Shown here one piece after another: positions 9,923 through 19,773 of a stretch of DNA of 57,289 bases. The position numbers and the translations under genes were made by a program. The notes under the pieces are model-generated. The model was not told where the DNA came from and searched no databases. It was given only the letters and a program-made list of their open reading frames with translations. Source of the stretch: Candidatus Saccharimonadales bacterium (GTDB taxonomy: Bacteria; Patescibacteriota; Saccharimonadia; Saccharimonadales; UBA7683); assembly GCA_046350615.1 (NCBI GenBank), contig JAXMAA010000004.1:1-57289 (forward strand), read 5' to 3'. Each line of letters opens with the position of its first letter. Within the stretch, counting starts at the first letter, position 1.

Positions 9923-10654
9923 GTGAATATAGCTGAATATCACATAATGGAAAAAAGAGAAAAAGAGTATTGGTGGCATCTGGGTCGCCTTGATATTATT
10001 GATGCCCAACTTGAAAAAGTTAAAAAATCTATGAATGACAAAAAGCTAAAGATTTTAAATATTGGCTGTGGTACTGGTGGTACAGTCGCTACACTTGAAA
10101 AATTTGGCGAGGTTTACAATGTAGACACCGAGTCGCTTGCAATTAAGTTATTGAAGAAGAATGGCTTTAAGAATGGAAAGGTTGTACAGGGGAACGAATT
10201 GCCTTTCAAAGAGGGGTTCTTTGATGCCATTGTGGCTATGGATGTTTTGGAGCATATTGATGCCGAGAACGAAGCTCTTACCGAGTGGAATCGAGTGCTT
10301 GCAGCTGATGGGCAGCTATTGATAACTGTTCCAGCCTATGCATGGCTCTGGAGCTACCACGATATCGCACTCCATCATTTTAGAAGATACAATAAGTCTC
10401 AACTTAAAGTCGCGGTTGAAGGTGCTAGATTCCAAATTATTAAACGTTCATATATGATTACTTTTTCACTGCCACTTGTCGTACTTTTCCGGATACTCAG
10501 TAATTTCTCAAAAAAGAAAGGAGAGACATCTTATGTTGATCTACCTCAACCCGTTAATGGGCTATTCACTCTCCTGTTAAAAGTTGAAGCTAAATTTTTA
10601 AAATTTGCAGGTCTGCCATTTGGAACTTCAGTCTTCGTGCGTGCTAGGAAGTAA
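9923..10654 (+). CDS. Class I SAM-dependent methyltransferase
   Basis: YWWHLGR, ILNIGCGTGG, DVLEHI, LITVPAY, HHFRRY. Confidence 0.9.
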   Translation: MNIAEYHIMEKREKEYWWHLGRLDIIDAQLEKVKKSMNDKKLKILNIGCGTGGTVATLEKFGEVYNVDTESLAIKLLKKNGFKNGKVVQGNELPFKEGFFDAIVAMDVLEHIDAENEALTEWNRVLAADGQLLITVPAYAWLWSYHDIALHHFRRYNKSQLKVAVEGARFQIIKRSYMITFSLPLVVLFRILSNFSKKKGETSYVDLPQPVNGLFTLLLKVEAKFLKFAGLPFGTSVFVRARK

Positions 10655-10657
10655 TTT

Positions 10658-11122
10658 ATGCGGATTAGAAACACGTTCATAAGATTCTTGTTAGTCGGGG
10701 TATGTAATACTCTCATTGATACCGGTCTTTTTAATCTAATGATTATTTTGAATTTCCCCCTTATAGCTGCAGGTGTAACAGCTACAACAACGGCTATGGT
10801 GGTGAGCTATATGCTCAATGGCCTAGCCGTGTTTGAAGATAAAAACATTAAAAATACACGTAAAATATTAAAATTTGCAGTTATTACTGCCACAGGTGTT
10901 TATGTGATTCAGTACTCTATTATGTATGGTATACAACATGCACTTGGAGATGAAATTAGCTCAATTTTGTATCGGACACCGATCATTCACGACCTCTCCG
11001 CTAATATCCGAAATGGGATTGAAATAAATGTAGCAAAGGCCATGGGATTTACAGTAGGGATTGCTTGGAATTATCTACTCTATAGAAAATTTGTCTTCAC
11101 AGAAAGAGAAGGGAATGAATAA
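10658..11122 (+). CDS. GtrA-family flippase-like protein
   Basis: RFLLVGVCNTLID...WNYLLYRKFVF. Confidence 0.85.
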   Translation: MRIRNTFIRFLLVGVCNTLIDTGLFNLMIILNFPLIAAGVTATTTAMVVSYMLNGLAVFEDKNIKNTRKILKFAVITATGVYVIQYSIMYGIQHALGDEISSILYRTPIIHDLSANIRNGIEINVAKAMGFTVGIAWNYLLYRKFVFTEREGNE

Positions 11123-11876
11123 TACTACTATAATCGAGCTCAGTATAGTAATTGGTGCGCTCAATGAAGAGGACCGCGTAGGTAAAACATTGGGCAAGTT
11201 GGCTGCTTTTTTAAAATCTAATCATATGCTTCATTCGACTGAGGTTGTGGTTGTTACTGCAGAAGCTCATGATGCTACACATAGTATTGTTTCAAAGGCA
11301 ATAAAGCAATTTAAACACTCCCAACACATCAAACCTGGTATAAAAGTTGGCAAGGGTAGGGATGTAGCATATGGAATGCTCAGTGCGAAGGGAAAGATTT
11401 GTTTATTTATGGATGCTGATATTGCCACGCCGCTCAACTACATTCTTTTATTGCTTCCTATAATGAAGTACTATCCTAACGATTTAGTGATTGGTAGCAG
11501 AGACTTGAAGTCCATACATACGGGCGTACGGATGGCTGTCTCGCTAATGGGGAACGCGGCTTTTAAAATTGGTACAGGATTGTATATTCACGACACACAG
11601 TGTGGCTTCAAGGCTATGAGTAGGAAGAATGCACGTAAACTTTTTGGTGCCTTAACAATCACAGGATGGGGTTTTGATATGGAACTCATAGCAATTGCCA
11701 GAGCTAATAATATACAGATACGCGGCCTTTCCATCCCGGATTGGAAAGATGTTCCTAACGGTCAACTAGTTACGAAGAAGAGCTCATTTATTAAAACACT
11801 CATAGGAACATTGAGAGAACTAGCAGTGGTCACATATCGTTACAGAACTGGTAAGTATAAAGCACTCAGAAGCTAG
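11115..11876 (+). CDS. GT2, dolichyl/polyprenyl-phosphate glycosyltransferase-like
   Basis: LSIVIGALNEE, GKGRDV, FMDADIAT, DTQCGFKA, GWGFDMEL. Probable start is ATG 11115 (overlapping gtrA) rather than 11061. Confidence 0.85.
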   Translation: MNNTTIIELSIVIGALNEEDRVGKTLGKLAAFLKSNHMLHSTEVVVVTAEAHDATHSIVSKAIKQFKHSQHIKPGIKVGKGRDVAYGMLSAKGKICLFMDADIATPLNYILLLLPIMKYYPNDLVIGSRDLKSIHTGVRMAVSLMGNAAFKIGTGLYIHDTQCGFKAMSRKNARKLFGALTITGWGFDMELIAIARANNIQIRGLSIPDWKDVPNGQLVTKKSSFIKTLIGTLRELAVVTYRYRTGKYKALRS

Positions 11877-13879
11877 TACGAATTGACGTAAATCGAAAAG
11901 TTTGGATCATTCATCCAGACAAGCCCCTCGGCTAATAGTGAGAATCTTTCAACTTTTGGTCCAGTGGCATCAGGAGCTTTTGCCAAAAAGGTAAAGGTAC
12001 CTTCCTGCCCTGGATTAACAACTTCTTCCGTAAGTCCAACTGGTCGGTTGTCTTTAATCCATGAGCTTTGGTAGAGTGCTGTACCTCGATTGAAAGGAGC
12101 GGCTGTGCCTAGACGTACTGGGAATCCAGTAGATTTTCTCCACGGCATATTGCCAATGTTCTTAGCCTTTACGGTGAGTGTAAAGTTGGTGCCTCTTGAT
12201 ATGTTTGCCGTACCCGTACTGTGGTTGACCCATAAAGGCTGCCATGCATACGTTCCTCCGTCAAGGTATAGGGTTAGGCCGGCATCGTTAAACCACGATT
12301 GTCCTTCTGCAACAAGATTGATTCGTTCATAAAAAGTCCCTGTAGAGGGCATGCGTACATAAAACTGGAACCCCGCATTTTGTCCTGGTGCTACTGTAGT
12401 TTCGTTCATTGTGACAAGTCTTGTCTGGCTAATCCAGTTTTGTCCAACTTGGCTTTTTCTCTCAGGCTCCCAGGTACCAAGATATATTGGCGGACCACTT
12501 TGCTTAGACCAGGTTTTATTTCCAGTATTTTTCGCAATAACTGTAATGAGTTGACTTGTACCTGGCTCCATAAGTCCGGTCCCTGAGTTGTATACTACGT
12601 TTTGAATATTCCAGCTATAGCCATTTCCAACCTGAATAGTGGGGCTGAAGCCGGGCCAGTCCATCCACAGAGCGTTTTCAGCAACGAGATTGAATCCTTC
12701 CACGAAAGTGCCTAGTTGCTTTGGATTAAGCTGGAAAGTGAAGGTTCCAATAGCTCCCGGTGCTACACTGTTTTCCACAAGAGTGGAGGGTCTTGTGGAT
12801 GATGCCCAATTGTTGCTGGCCATAGTGCTTGTACGATCTGGTAACCAGGTGCCAATTCTGACAGGATGATTTCCGTGGTTATACCATGGAAATCTTCCGG
12901 TGTTCCGTGCCTTTAAAGTAACAGTCTCCGAGTCGTTTTGATTAATGATATTGTCGCCTCCTGCATAGGTAAAACTTTCAATTGACCATGAATATCCGCT
13001 GCCGTGAGTTGAACCAAACCAGTCGTTGTAGAGCTTCCAGAAGTTTCTGTTTCCGTACGCACCGCACGGTGCCGTGCCGTAGCCTGCATTGAGGGCTGCT
13101 TGATTGGGCTGGTATGGCGTGTAGTTATATAGGCCAGCAGTGGCTTGATTTTCAATATATACAACCGAACTGCCACAGGATGGATCTGGATTATACTGAA
13201 TTGTGTTGTTCCTGCCTGCAATATAGTTATAGCTACTGGGTGAGTTCGCATATAGCCGAAATTGCCGAGCTGCACTATACATCTGAGTATAAAAACCATA
13301 GTCGTTTGGGTTGCAATTTGCACTATAGTTTGGCCCGCTGTCTGGGCAGCCGTACCCCATGGCTGTTCTATACTGTGTTGACCATGGCCAATCGTCGATC
13401 ATCAATCGATCACTCTCCTTGTGAAGCATTACGAGCATGACTTTAGGGCTTACTCCAAACTGTTGAGAAACATTCCAGATAATTTGAGCTGCCGATATGC
13501 CTCCGGCCGGGATCGGGTTGCCGTGGAGGTTGTTGGCTTTAGTAGAGGGGTTCTCATAGTAGTCTTTAAGACAAACGAAAGGGGCGGGATACCCCTTGCT
13601 AGCACCATACTGAGCCCTTGTGCCACCCCCATATTCCGAAGGTTTTGAGCCAGCAGTGTCACACACCGGTACTTTGCCATTGAGAAAAGCTTGTATCTCA
13701 CCCACAGACATAGAGTTTTTATCGTAAAATAATGCATCGTCTATAATATTTCCTGCTCGCCAGTCTGCGGCTGTTACGGCGAAGGATTTTTGGGGGAGCG
13801 CATGAAATATAGCTATAGTGGCACAACACAAGAGTGCGATCCAAGCGAATTTTTTGTTGAGATCTATTAGTTTCCTCAT
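11873..13879 (-). CDS. Secreted protein: conserved N-terminal domain (putative cell-wall hydrolase) plus three Ig-like repeats
   Basis: Signal peptide; SAAQIIW...LHKES...AMGYGCPD...LYNYTPY domain; three ~120-aa repeats (KAxNxG..W...RLGT....W...R....E..V.PG..GTF.F). Confidence 0.7.
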   Translation of the reverse strand: MRKLIDLNKKFAWIALLCCATIAIFHALPQKSFAVTAADWRAGNIIDDALFYDKNSMSVGEIQAFLNGKVPVCDTAGSKPSEYGGGTRAQYGASKGYPAPFVCLKDYYENPSTKANNLHGNPIPAGGISAAQIIWNVSQQFGVSPKVMLVMLHKESDRLMIDDWPWSTQYRTAMGYGCPDSGPNYSANCNPNDYGFYTQMYSAARQFRLYANSPSSYNYIAGRNNTIQYNPDPSCGSSVVYIENQATAGLYNYTPYQPNQAALNAGYGTAPCGAYGNRNFWKLYNDWFGSTHGSGYSWSIESFTYAGGDNIINQNDSETVTLKARNTGRFPWYNHGNHPVRIGTWLPDRTSTMASNNWASSTRPSTLVENSVAPGAIGTFTFQLNPKQLGTFVEGFNLVAENALWMDWPGFSPTIQVGNGYSWNIQNVVYNSGTGLMEPGTSQLITVIAKNTGNKTWSKQSGPPIYLGTWEPERKSQVGQNWISQTRLVTMNETTVAPGQNAGFQFYVRMPSTGTFYERINLVAEGQSWFNDAGLTLYLDGGTYAWQPLWVNHSTGTANISRGTNFTLTVKAKNIGNMPWRKSTGFPVRLGTAAPFNRGTALYQSSWIKDNRPVGLTEEVVNPGQEGTFTFLAKAPDATGPKVERFSLLAEGLVWMNDPNFSIYVNSY

Positions 13880-13887
13880 TTCATATC

Positions 13888-14445
13888 CTATTCAAGCATT
13901 ATAGCTTGGCTCGCACTTGTTTTATTACCTTCGCAATAGAGAGTCAGGAGTAGGCTCCAATCTCCACGCTTATCAAACTCAACTCGCGGTACGGATACGG
14001 CACAAGACTGTTTTCCCGAGCTCTCACTGCTTACTATCTGCTTCACAACGGGCTTGCTATCGGTGCTCGTAAAGCTAAACACGCAAGTCCCCTGAGTATC
14101 CGAGCCTTGTATAGTTGCGGAAGCCTCAATAAAGGCGCCTTCTTGAGTTAGGGATGTGATCGTAACCGAAAGCAGGTTACTCTCAGGAATCTCATCAACA
14201 TTTGGGTTGTCGATGCCCGGAGACGGTTCTTGAGTTTTACCATCTTTAGCCTTTGTGGCGCTACTATCATTTTTTGCAATCTCCTCTGATTGAGCTTTCT
14301 GCGCGGTTTCCCGGTCAAATCGTTTTTGATAATGGAGCCCGGCAAAACTCACGCCGGCTATAAGTAAGAGAATGAGCGGTATTACAAAGTATCTCTTGCG
14401 CCTTCTCTGCTTTGAGGAGCCTAGTTTGAAATTATTTGATGCCAT
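13888..14445 (-). CDS. Membrane-anchored hypothetical protein
   Basis: Basic N-terminus, one TM helix, low-complexity linker and a C-terminal beta domain with two Cys. Confidence 0.7.
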   Translation of the reverse strand: MASNNFKLGSSKQRRRKRYFVIPLILLLIAGVSFAGLHYQKRFDRETAQKAQSEEIAKNDSSATKAKDGKTQEPSPGIDNPNVDEIPESNLLSVTITSLTQEGAFIEASATIQGSDTQGTCVFSFTSTDSKPVVKQIVSSESSGKQSCAVSVPRVEFDKRGDWSLLLTLYCEGNKTSASQAIMLE

Positions 14446-14526
14446 TTCTATTTTCTTTCATTAACAGTTATAATTTAACATGTACATAAGCAATTTACAA
14501 GAGGTGGAGAAGGGTGTAACAGAGGA

Positions 14527-15579
14527 GTGATTGTTGTAATTATTGCAGGAGGATCTGGTACGCGCCTGTGGCCGCTTTCAACGCCGGAGTATCCGAAACA
14601 TTTGCTGAATATTGTTGGCGAGAAGTCATTGCTTCAGAATACCTTTGAAAGAGCTAAGCGGGTTACCTCTGTAGATAGAATCTATATTTCTACCGAAGCA
14701 AGTCACTCGGAGCACGTTATCGCGCAGTTACCAGAACTTACCAAAGAGCAAGTAATTATTGAACCAGCTCGCCGAGATACGATGCCATGTATTTTAAACG
14801 CCTTGCAGTTCATTAGCACAAGGCACGACCACAAAGAGCCAATTGCATCTATTCACGCCGATCATCACGTTCGTGATGTTGAAGGGTTTGTTCATGGGCT
14901 CAAGAAAGCAGGCGAAGTATCGTCAGAACACGGACGTATAACACTACTTGGTATGGAGCCAACACGACCAGATGTTAAATATGGCTACATTCATAAAGGC
15001 CGCATCTTTGATGATGAAGAACTCGTATACGATATAGCTAACTTTAAAGAGAAGCCTCAGTACGAGATAGCGCAAGAATATTTTGAAAGTGGTGAGTACT
15101 TTTGGAACATGGGTTATTTTGTAGCTCCGTTTGAAGTGTTTGAAAAGAAGATCCGCGTTCATAGTGAGGAGAGTTGGGCAAAGCAACTCGATAGACTTCA
15201 GGCTGCAGAGTCACCAGAAGACAGAGATGCCATATACCTTGATTTTGAAAAAGAAGCCATCGATACTGCGCTTATGGAGAAAGTCCCGGATCTGTTGGTA
15301 ATGCCCGGGGCATTCGACTGGATGGATGTTGGTTCATTTGACGATGTGCATCGTGTGAGTGTGCAAAACCTTGACGGCAACGGCATTAAGGGTGAGAACA
15401 TACATATTGTGGATAGCCAGCAGGTGTACGTACGAAATGATGACGCCGCAAAACCCCTTGCTGTTATAGGCATGGATAACGTTACGGTGGTTAATACCGA
15501 ACATGGCATACTGGTCATGCGAACCGATCAGGCACAAAAGGTGAAAGAGATCGCAAGCAAGCTAAAGGATGAGGCATGA
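14527..15579 (+). CDS. manC: Mannose-1-phosphate guanylyltransferase
   Basis: IAGGSGTRLWPLS, PKHLL, EPARRDT, HADH, YGYI, FKEKP, WMDVGSF. Confidence 0.93.
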   Translation: MIVVIIAGGSGTRLWPLSTPEYPKHLLNIVGEKSLLQNTFERAKRVTSVDRIYISTEASHSEHVIAQLPELTKEQVIIEPARRDTMPCILNALQFISTRHDHKEPIASIHADHHVRDVEGFVHGLKKAGEVSSEHGRITLLGMEPTRPDVKYGYIHKGRIFDDEELVYDIANFKEKPQYEIAQEYFESGEYFWNMGYFVAPFEVFEKKIRVHSEESWAKQLDRLQAAESPEDRDAIYLDFEKEAIDTALMEKVPDLLVMPGAFDWMDVGSFDDVHRVSVQNLDGNGIKGENIHIVDSQQVYVRNDDAAKPLAVIGMDNVTVVNTEHGILVMRTDQAQKVKEIASKLKDEA

Positions 15580-16334
15580 CTAAAAAACTGATAGCTTTTG
15601 ATCTTGATGACACGCTTGCTATTACGAAATCGCCTATAAGTGATGTGATGAGCGGGCTACTTACAAGACTGCTCGAGAGGTACGAAGTCTGCATTATCTC
15701 GGGAGGTGCATTTGAACAGTTTAAAAAACAGGTTGTGAATCAACTTGAAGCGAACCACCTTCTGCTGAGAAAGCTGCATCTCATGCCAACATGCGGAACT
15801 CGTTACTATCGGTACAACGAGATTGAGGAGAAGTGGCAGCTCCAGTATGCAGAAGATCTGAGCGAAGAACAAAAACAATTGGCCATTCAAGTACTTGAAG
15901 AGGAGGCTAGAAAACTCAACTTGTGGTGTGATGCTCCTGCTGGCGAAATCGTTGAGGATCGTGGGAGCCAGATCACGCTTTCTGCGCTTGGTCAAGATGC
16001 TCAACCTGAAGCTAAATATAAATGGGCCAAAGATAACGCACATCAAAGGCCGATTTTGCGAGACAACGTGGCTCGTCGCCTACCAGAGCTTGAAGTCAGA
16101 ATTGGTGGCACCACCTCAACAGACATAACCTTGCCGGGCGTCGATAAGGCGTATGGCATGAAGAAGCTTATTGACGAAATGGATATCTCTAAAGACGAAA
16201 TTTTATTTGTTGGCGACAAGCTTGAAGAAGGCGGCAACGACTATCCCGTAAAAGCAATTGGTATTGACTACATCGCAGTTGAAGGGTGGGAAGATACCAC
16301 CCTTATCATCGAAACCCTTGTGAAGGCTGCTTAA
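15576..16334 (+). CDS. HAD-IIB phosphomannomutase (eukaryote-type PMM-like)
   Basis: FDLDDTL, IISGG, EDRGSQIT, GGTTSTDIT, FVGDKLEEGGNDY; translationally coupled to manC. Confidence 0.85.
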   Translation: MTKKLIAFDLDDTLAITKSPISDVMSGLLTRLLERYEVCIISGGAFEQFKKQVVNQLEANHLLLRKLHLMPTCGTRYYRYNEIEEKWQLQYAEDLSEEQKQLAIQVLEEEARKLNLWCDAPAGEIVEDRGSQITLSALGQDAQPEAKYKWAKDNAHQRPILRDNVARRLPELEVRIGGTTSTDITLPGVDKAYGMKKLIDEMDISKDEILFVGDKLEEGGNDYPVKAIGIDYIAVEGWEDTTLIIETLVKAA

Positions 16335-16346
16335 ATAATGAGCTCA

Positions 16347-16385
16347 TTGACAAAGTGCATGCATGCATGCTAATATGCATGCATG
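16347..16385 (+). promoter_or_regulatory. Leaderless promoter of the TA operon, overlaid by an (ATGC)n palindromic operator candidate
   Basis: TTGACA 16347-52, TG-c-TAATAT 16368-76, ATG 16383; TGCATGCATGCATGC and ATGCATGCATG flank the -10. Confidence 0.7.
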
Positions 16386-16658
16386 AAGGTAAAACAGTAT
16401 ACTATTCGGAATATTCCTGAGCCGGTTGATCGGTACTTAAGGAAGTGTGCCAAGCAGCGTGGTCAAAGTCTGAACCAAGTAGTTATCGAGGAACTCTCCC
16501 AGCGGGCTGGTGTTGGTGAAAAAAGCTTGCTTGAATCGCTCGATTGGTTTATTGGCAGCGGCATAGATGATGGAACAATCGAAGCGTTAGAAGAAGACGA
16601 TAGAGCACAAAAAGAGTTAACGAGAAAACAGTGGCAAGAAGATGATTCTCGACACTAA
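16383..16658 (+). CDS. Ribbon-helix-helix antitoxin (FitA/VapB-like)
   Basis: QYTIRNIPEPVDRYLRKCAKQRGQSLNQVVIEEL; overlaps the PIN gene. Confidence 0.85.
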   Translation: MKVKQYTIRNIPEPVDRYLRKCAKQRGQSLNQVVIEELSQRAGVGEKSLLESLDWFIGSGIDDGTIEALEEDDRAQKELTRKQWQEDDSRH

Positions 16659-17040
16659 TGCGTACACTGCCCTGCTAAAAGATAAATACGGTGTCGTCAG
16701 CGTGGTTCAGACTGCACGGGATATCGTCCTGCCGATACCGGTCGTTGCGGAACTGCGGTTTGGGTTTGTGCGCGGCTCGCAGCAAATCCGTAACGAGCAG
16801 AAGCTGCAGCTCTTTCTACTACAAAGTAATACTCGGACTATAAATATTAGCGAGACCACAACGCATATATATGCTGAGCTCGCCGCCCTGTGTAGGAGTA
16901 AAGGCAGAGTGCTCTCAAACAACGACGTCTGGATTGCTGCACTCGCCATAGAACATGATCGACCGTTGGTAACTTACGACAAAGATTTCATTACCCTTGC
17001 AGATCGACTCGGCGGCAATTTATTGCTACTGAAAGATTGA
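16642..17040 (+). CDS. vapC: PIN-domain toxin (VapC/FitB-like)
   Basis: ILDTN, VVAELRFG, NNDVWIAALA, LVTYDKDF acidic tetrad. Confidence 0.92.
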   Translation: MILDTNAYTALLKDKYGVVSVVQTARDIVLPIPVVAELRFGFVRGSQQIRNEQKLQLFLLQSNTRTINISETTTHIYAELAALCRSKGRVLSNNDVWIAALAIEHDRPLVTYDKDFITLADRLGGNLLLLKD

Positions 17041-17171
17041 TCGCATCGTAGAGTCGTGAGGTAAGAGACTGAAGATCGGAGACTGGGGACTCTTTGGATT
17101 ATGGATCCCTGATCGGGGTCGAGGACAAGCTTTAGATTATTGATTATAGAAGTGCAGCCAAGCTGTACTCT

Positions 17172-18323
17172 CTAGTCTTCAGTCCTGCTCTGTGAGACGG
17201 CCGTGGTGATTTTACTCGCAAACACATCTTCTGCAAATCGCTCGGCGGTTTTAGCAATACCTGCTTTATCGTAGGGGTTTGCGTTAAACGAAGAGAGTCG
17301 AGCCGTAAGTGCGGCGACTGTTTGTTTTTCAAAAAATACGCCGGTTTTGCCTTCTGCCACGTAGTCGAGGGCGCCACCGGATCTGTAGGCGATGACAGGG
17401 AGGCCGGCGGCCATGGCTTCGACGGGCGCTATCCCAAAGTCTTCCTCGCCCGGAAATAAAAATGCTGAGGCAGAGTGAGCGAGGGCAACGAGCTCGTTGT
17501 CGGAAACACGGCCGACAAATTGTATGGTTGGACCAGCAATTTTTTTGAGCTTCTCGGTTTCTGGCCCACCACCTGCAATAATGAGCGACAAACCTAGCTT
17601 ATTGCATGCGGCAATAGCGAGGTCAAAGCGCTTGTAGGGGACATGTCTACCCCAGGTAATGAAGGTTGGGGTCTGGTTGCCATAGCCGTCTTTTATCTTT
17701 TGTCTTTTTGTATCTGTAAACATAGCGGTGTTTACCGGTGGGTGTATAACAACACTATCGCGATGGTAATATTTTTTGATGTCACTTTGAATATGCGACG
17801 AGTTCGCAATAAAATAATCGACACTTTGTGCGGCCTTGTAATCACGTTTTTGAAGTGGCTTCAGAAGCAGTTTTAGCCCGATTCTTGCCAGCCACTGTGG
17901 TTTGAAGCCAGGATTTTTCAGGTATTCATCGTACTTTCTCCAGTAAAAATGTGTTGGCGAGTGGCAGTAGCAGATATGAATAGGCTTCTTTGTTGGTCGT
18001 TGGTCGTTGGTCGTTGGTTGTGAGAGCACGAACTTGGCCTCGCCGTTGCCAGAGCTGCTAATGACTAAATCGAACCCACTCAGCTTAAGCTTTTTAAACC
18101 ACCGCTGGCGCAGAACTGGCAAAAATTTGCGTAGTTTTGAAAACGGCCAGCGCTGCAAATAACCCGTAACAACCTTGTTATCTAATCGTTCTCGCCATTC
18201 ATCTGAGCAGTAGGAGGTGAAAATAGGCGCATCTGGGTACATCTTGTGGAGCTGCTCTACAACTAGTTCGGCCCCGCCACCGTACAGCCAATCGTGCACA
18301 ATAGCAACTTTTGGTTTTTTCAC
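17172..18323 (-). CDS. GT4-family glycosyltransferase (mannosyltransferase-like)
   Basis: [38 protein letters not shown]. True start is likely GTG 18323 (GTGA overlap with the upstream gene), not 18386. Confidence 0.9.
   Translation of the reverse strand: MKKPKVAIVHDWLYGGGAELVVEQLHKMYPDAPIFTSYCSDEWRERLDNKVVTGYLQRWPFSKLRKFLPVLRQRWFKKLKLSGFDLVISSSGNGEAKFVLSQPTTNDQRPTKKPIHICYCHSPTHFYWRKYDEYLKNPGFKPQWLARIGLKLLLKPLQKRDYKAAQSVDYFIANSSHIQSDIKKYYHRDSVVIHPPVNTAMFTDTKRQKIKDGYGNQTPTFITWGRHVPYKRFDLAIAACNKLGLSLIIAGGGPETEKLKKIAGPTIQFVGRVSDNELVALAHSASAFLFPGEEDFGIAPVEAMAAGLPVIAYRSGGALDYVAEGKTGVFFEKQTVAALTARLSSFNANPYDKAGIAKTAERFAEDVFASKITTAVSQSRTED
17993..18020 (+). repeat. Heptamer tandem repeat (TTGGTCG)3 TTGGTTG inside the GT4 CDS
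   Basis: Read directly from the sequence; encodes [10 protein letters not shown] on the minus strand. Confidence 0.9.
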
Positions 18324-19727
18324 CGAGTTCCTCTGCCGCTGAGCACGGTAAAGATGGTGCGTACGAGTATTTGTATATCCATCCAAATGCTCCAGTTTTG
18401 CACGTAATACATATCGAGCTTACGGCGTTCCTCAAAGCTGATATCATCCCTACCAGAGATCTGAGCCAAGCTATGAGACCTGATTTTACACTTAAAATAA
18501 GACTCTTAAACTCGTAGTTCTCAAGCTCATACGGTACAAGAGCTCGTGGTCCAACGAGGCTAATATCTCCTCGAACAACATTAATGAGCTGAGGTATCTC
18601 ATCGAGTTTAGTCCTTCGTAAGAAACGACCAATTCGTGTCACTCGTGGGTCATCTTCAAGGTGATCTGCGTTTTCACGGTACGCTTTAATGAGCTCTTGG
18701 TTTGCCCATTTTAGTAAAGGCTTCCTCGGGGGTGAGGCCAATATAGGCGCTCTTTAGCGTGCGGAACTTGTAGATGTAAATAGCTTTGTTAAATCTTGAA
18801 AGACGTCGTTGCTTAAAAAATATCGGGTTCTGCAGATCGGTAATCTTCATAACTATCATGATAAAAAGCGTTATTGGCAGCGTGGCGAGCACAATGAGCA
18901 GCCCGCCGATAATATCTATGGTTCGCTTTAAGACACGACCATACCCAACCAAGGGCGTGGTATGTACATTGATAATTGGGAATGCGCCGAGCAGTTCAAC
19001 CGAGTGCTTTGAGGTAAAGAGCGCTGAGTGCGAAGGAATAAATTGGTAATCAAGATTGATGTCAATCGTCGTGTTGTAGGCTTTTACGACATCAGCACTA
19101 TCGGTTTGAATTATCGCATGCGGGTTTGTGGCCGCAATTGCTTGTTGCAGTGAACGATACTGAAGGTTAAGGCCTCTTTCATACACACTCGTTTTGTTTG
19201 CAACAATGCCCACGATATCGAGGCCCGATGAGTTGTTGTACAGATACTTACTCATATAGTACGTTGTTTCACTACTTCCAACTAGTACGAAAAGCGTAAC
19301 ACCATAGCCGTGTCTGTACATAGAGAGCCTTAACCACCGAAGCATTGTTCGTCCCGTCCAGAGGGTTGTGAAGCTGATGAGAATAGCGTATAGGGGTATG
19401 AGTTTAGCGGGAAAGAGGACATCTTTAGAGAAAAGTCGCTAATAAACACGAGCACGCCGAAAATACTACCAACGAGCAGCTTTAATGTTTCTTTTGGCCT
19501 ATGCTCGTATGCGCTTGGTGTACAAACCGAGCATATAGAATATACCAATCCAAAGGCAGCAGCATAGTGATAAGTAGAATATACGAGCGAGCATTTACAC
19601 TGTTTGTGAGTGGCCGTGGATCGAGTGATACGCGTAGGATATATGCATAACTGAATGAAATCACCAGGGACAGAGCATCGCCTATTATGAGTAGAGCGCG
19701 ATATATAAATGAAAAATTCTGCTTCAT
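18320..19727 (-). pseudogene. WcaJ/WbaP-type polyprenyl-phosphate sugar transferase, multiply frameshifted
   Basis: Pieces in different frames: MKQNFSFIYR, LKRTIDIIGG...YKFRT, DPRVTRIGRFLRRTKLDEIPQL...SLVGPR, then [22 protein letters not shown]...GTR* (TGA 18320-22). Confidence 0.8.
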
Positions 19728-19773
19728 GATGAAAATACATTGTTATTGTAACACTTTGGTATCTTGGTCATAA

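Noticed and set aside
17041-17171. Purine-rich quasi-repeats (GAGACT...) between vapC and GT4
   Set aside because: Too degenerate to define a unit or a stable structure by eye.
18324-18386. N-terminal extension of the GT4 ORF in the track
   Set aside because: This stretch encodes the C-terminus of the sugar transferase in another frame; the GTGA overlap at 18320-23 marks the real junction.
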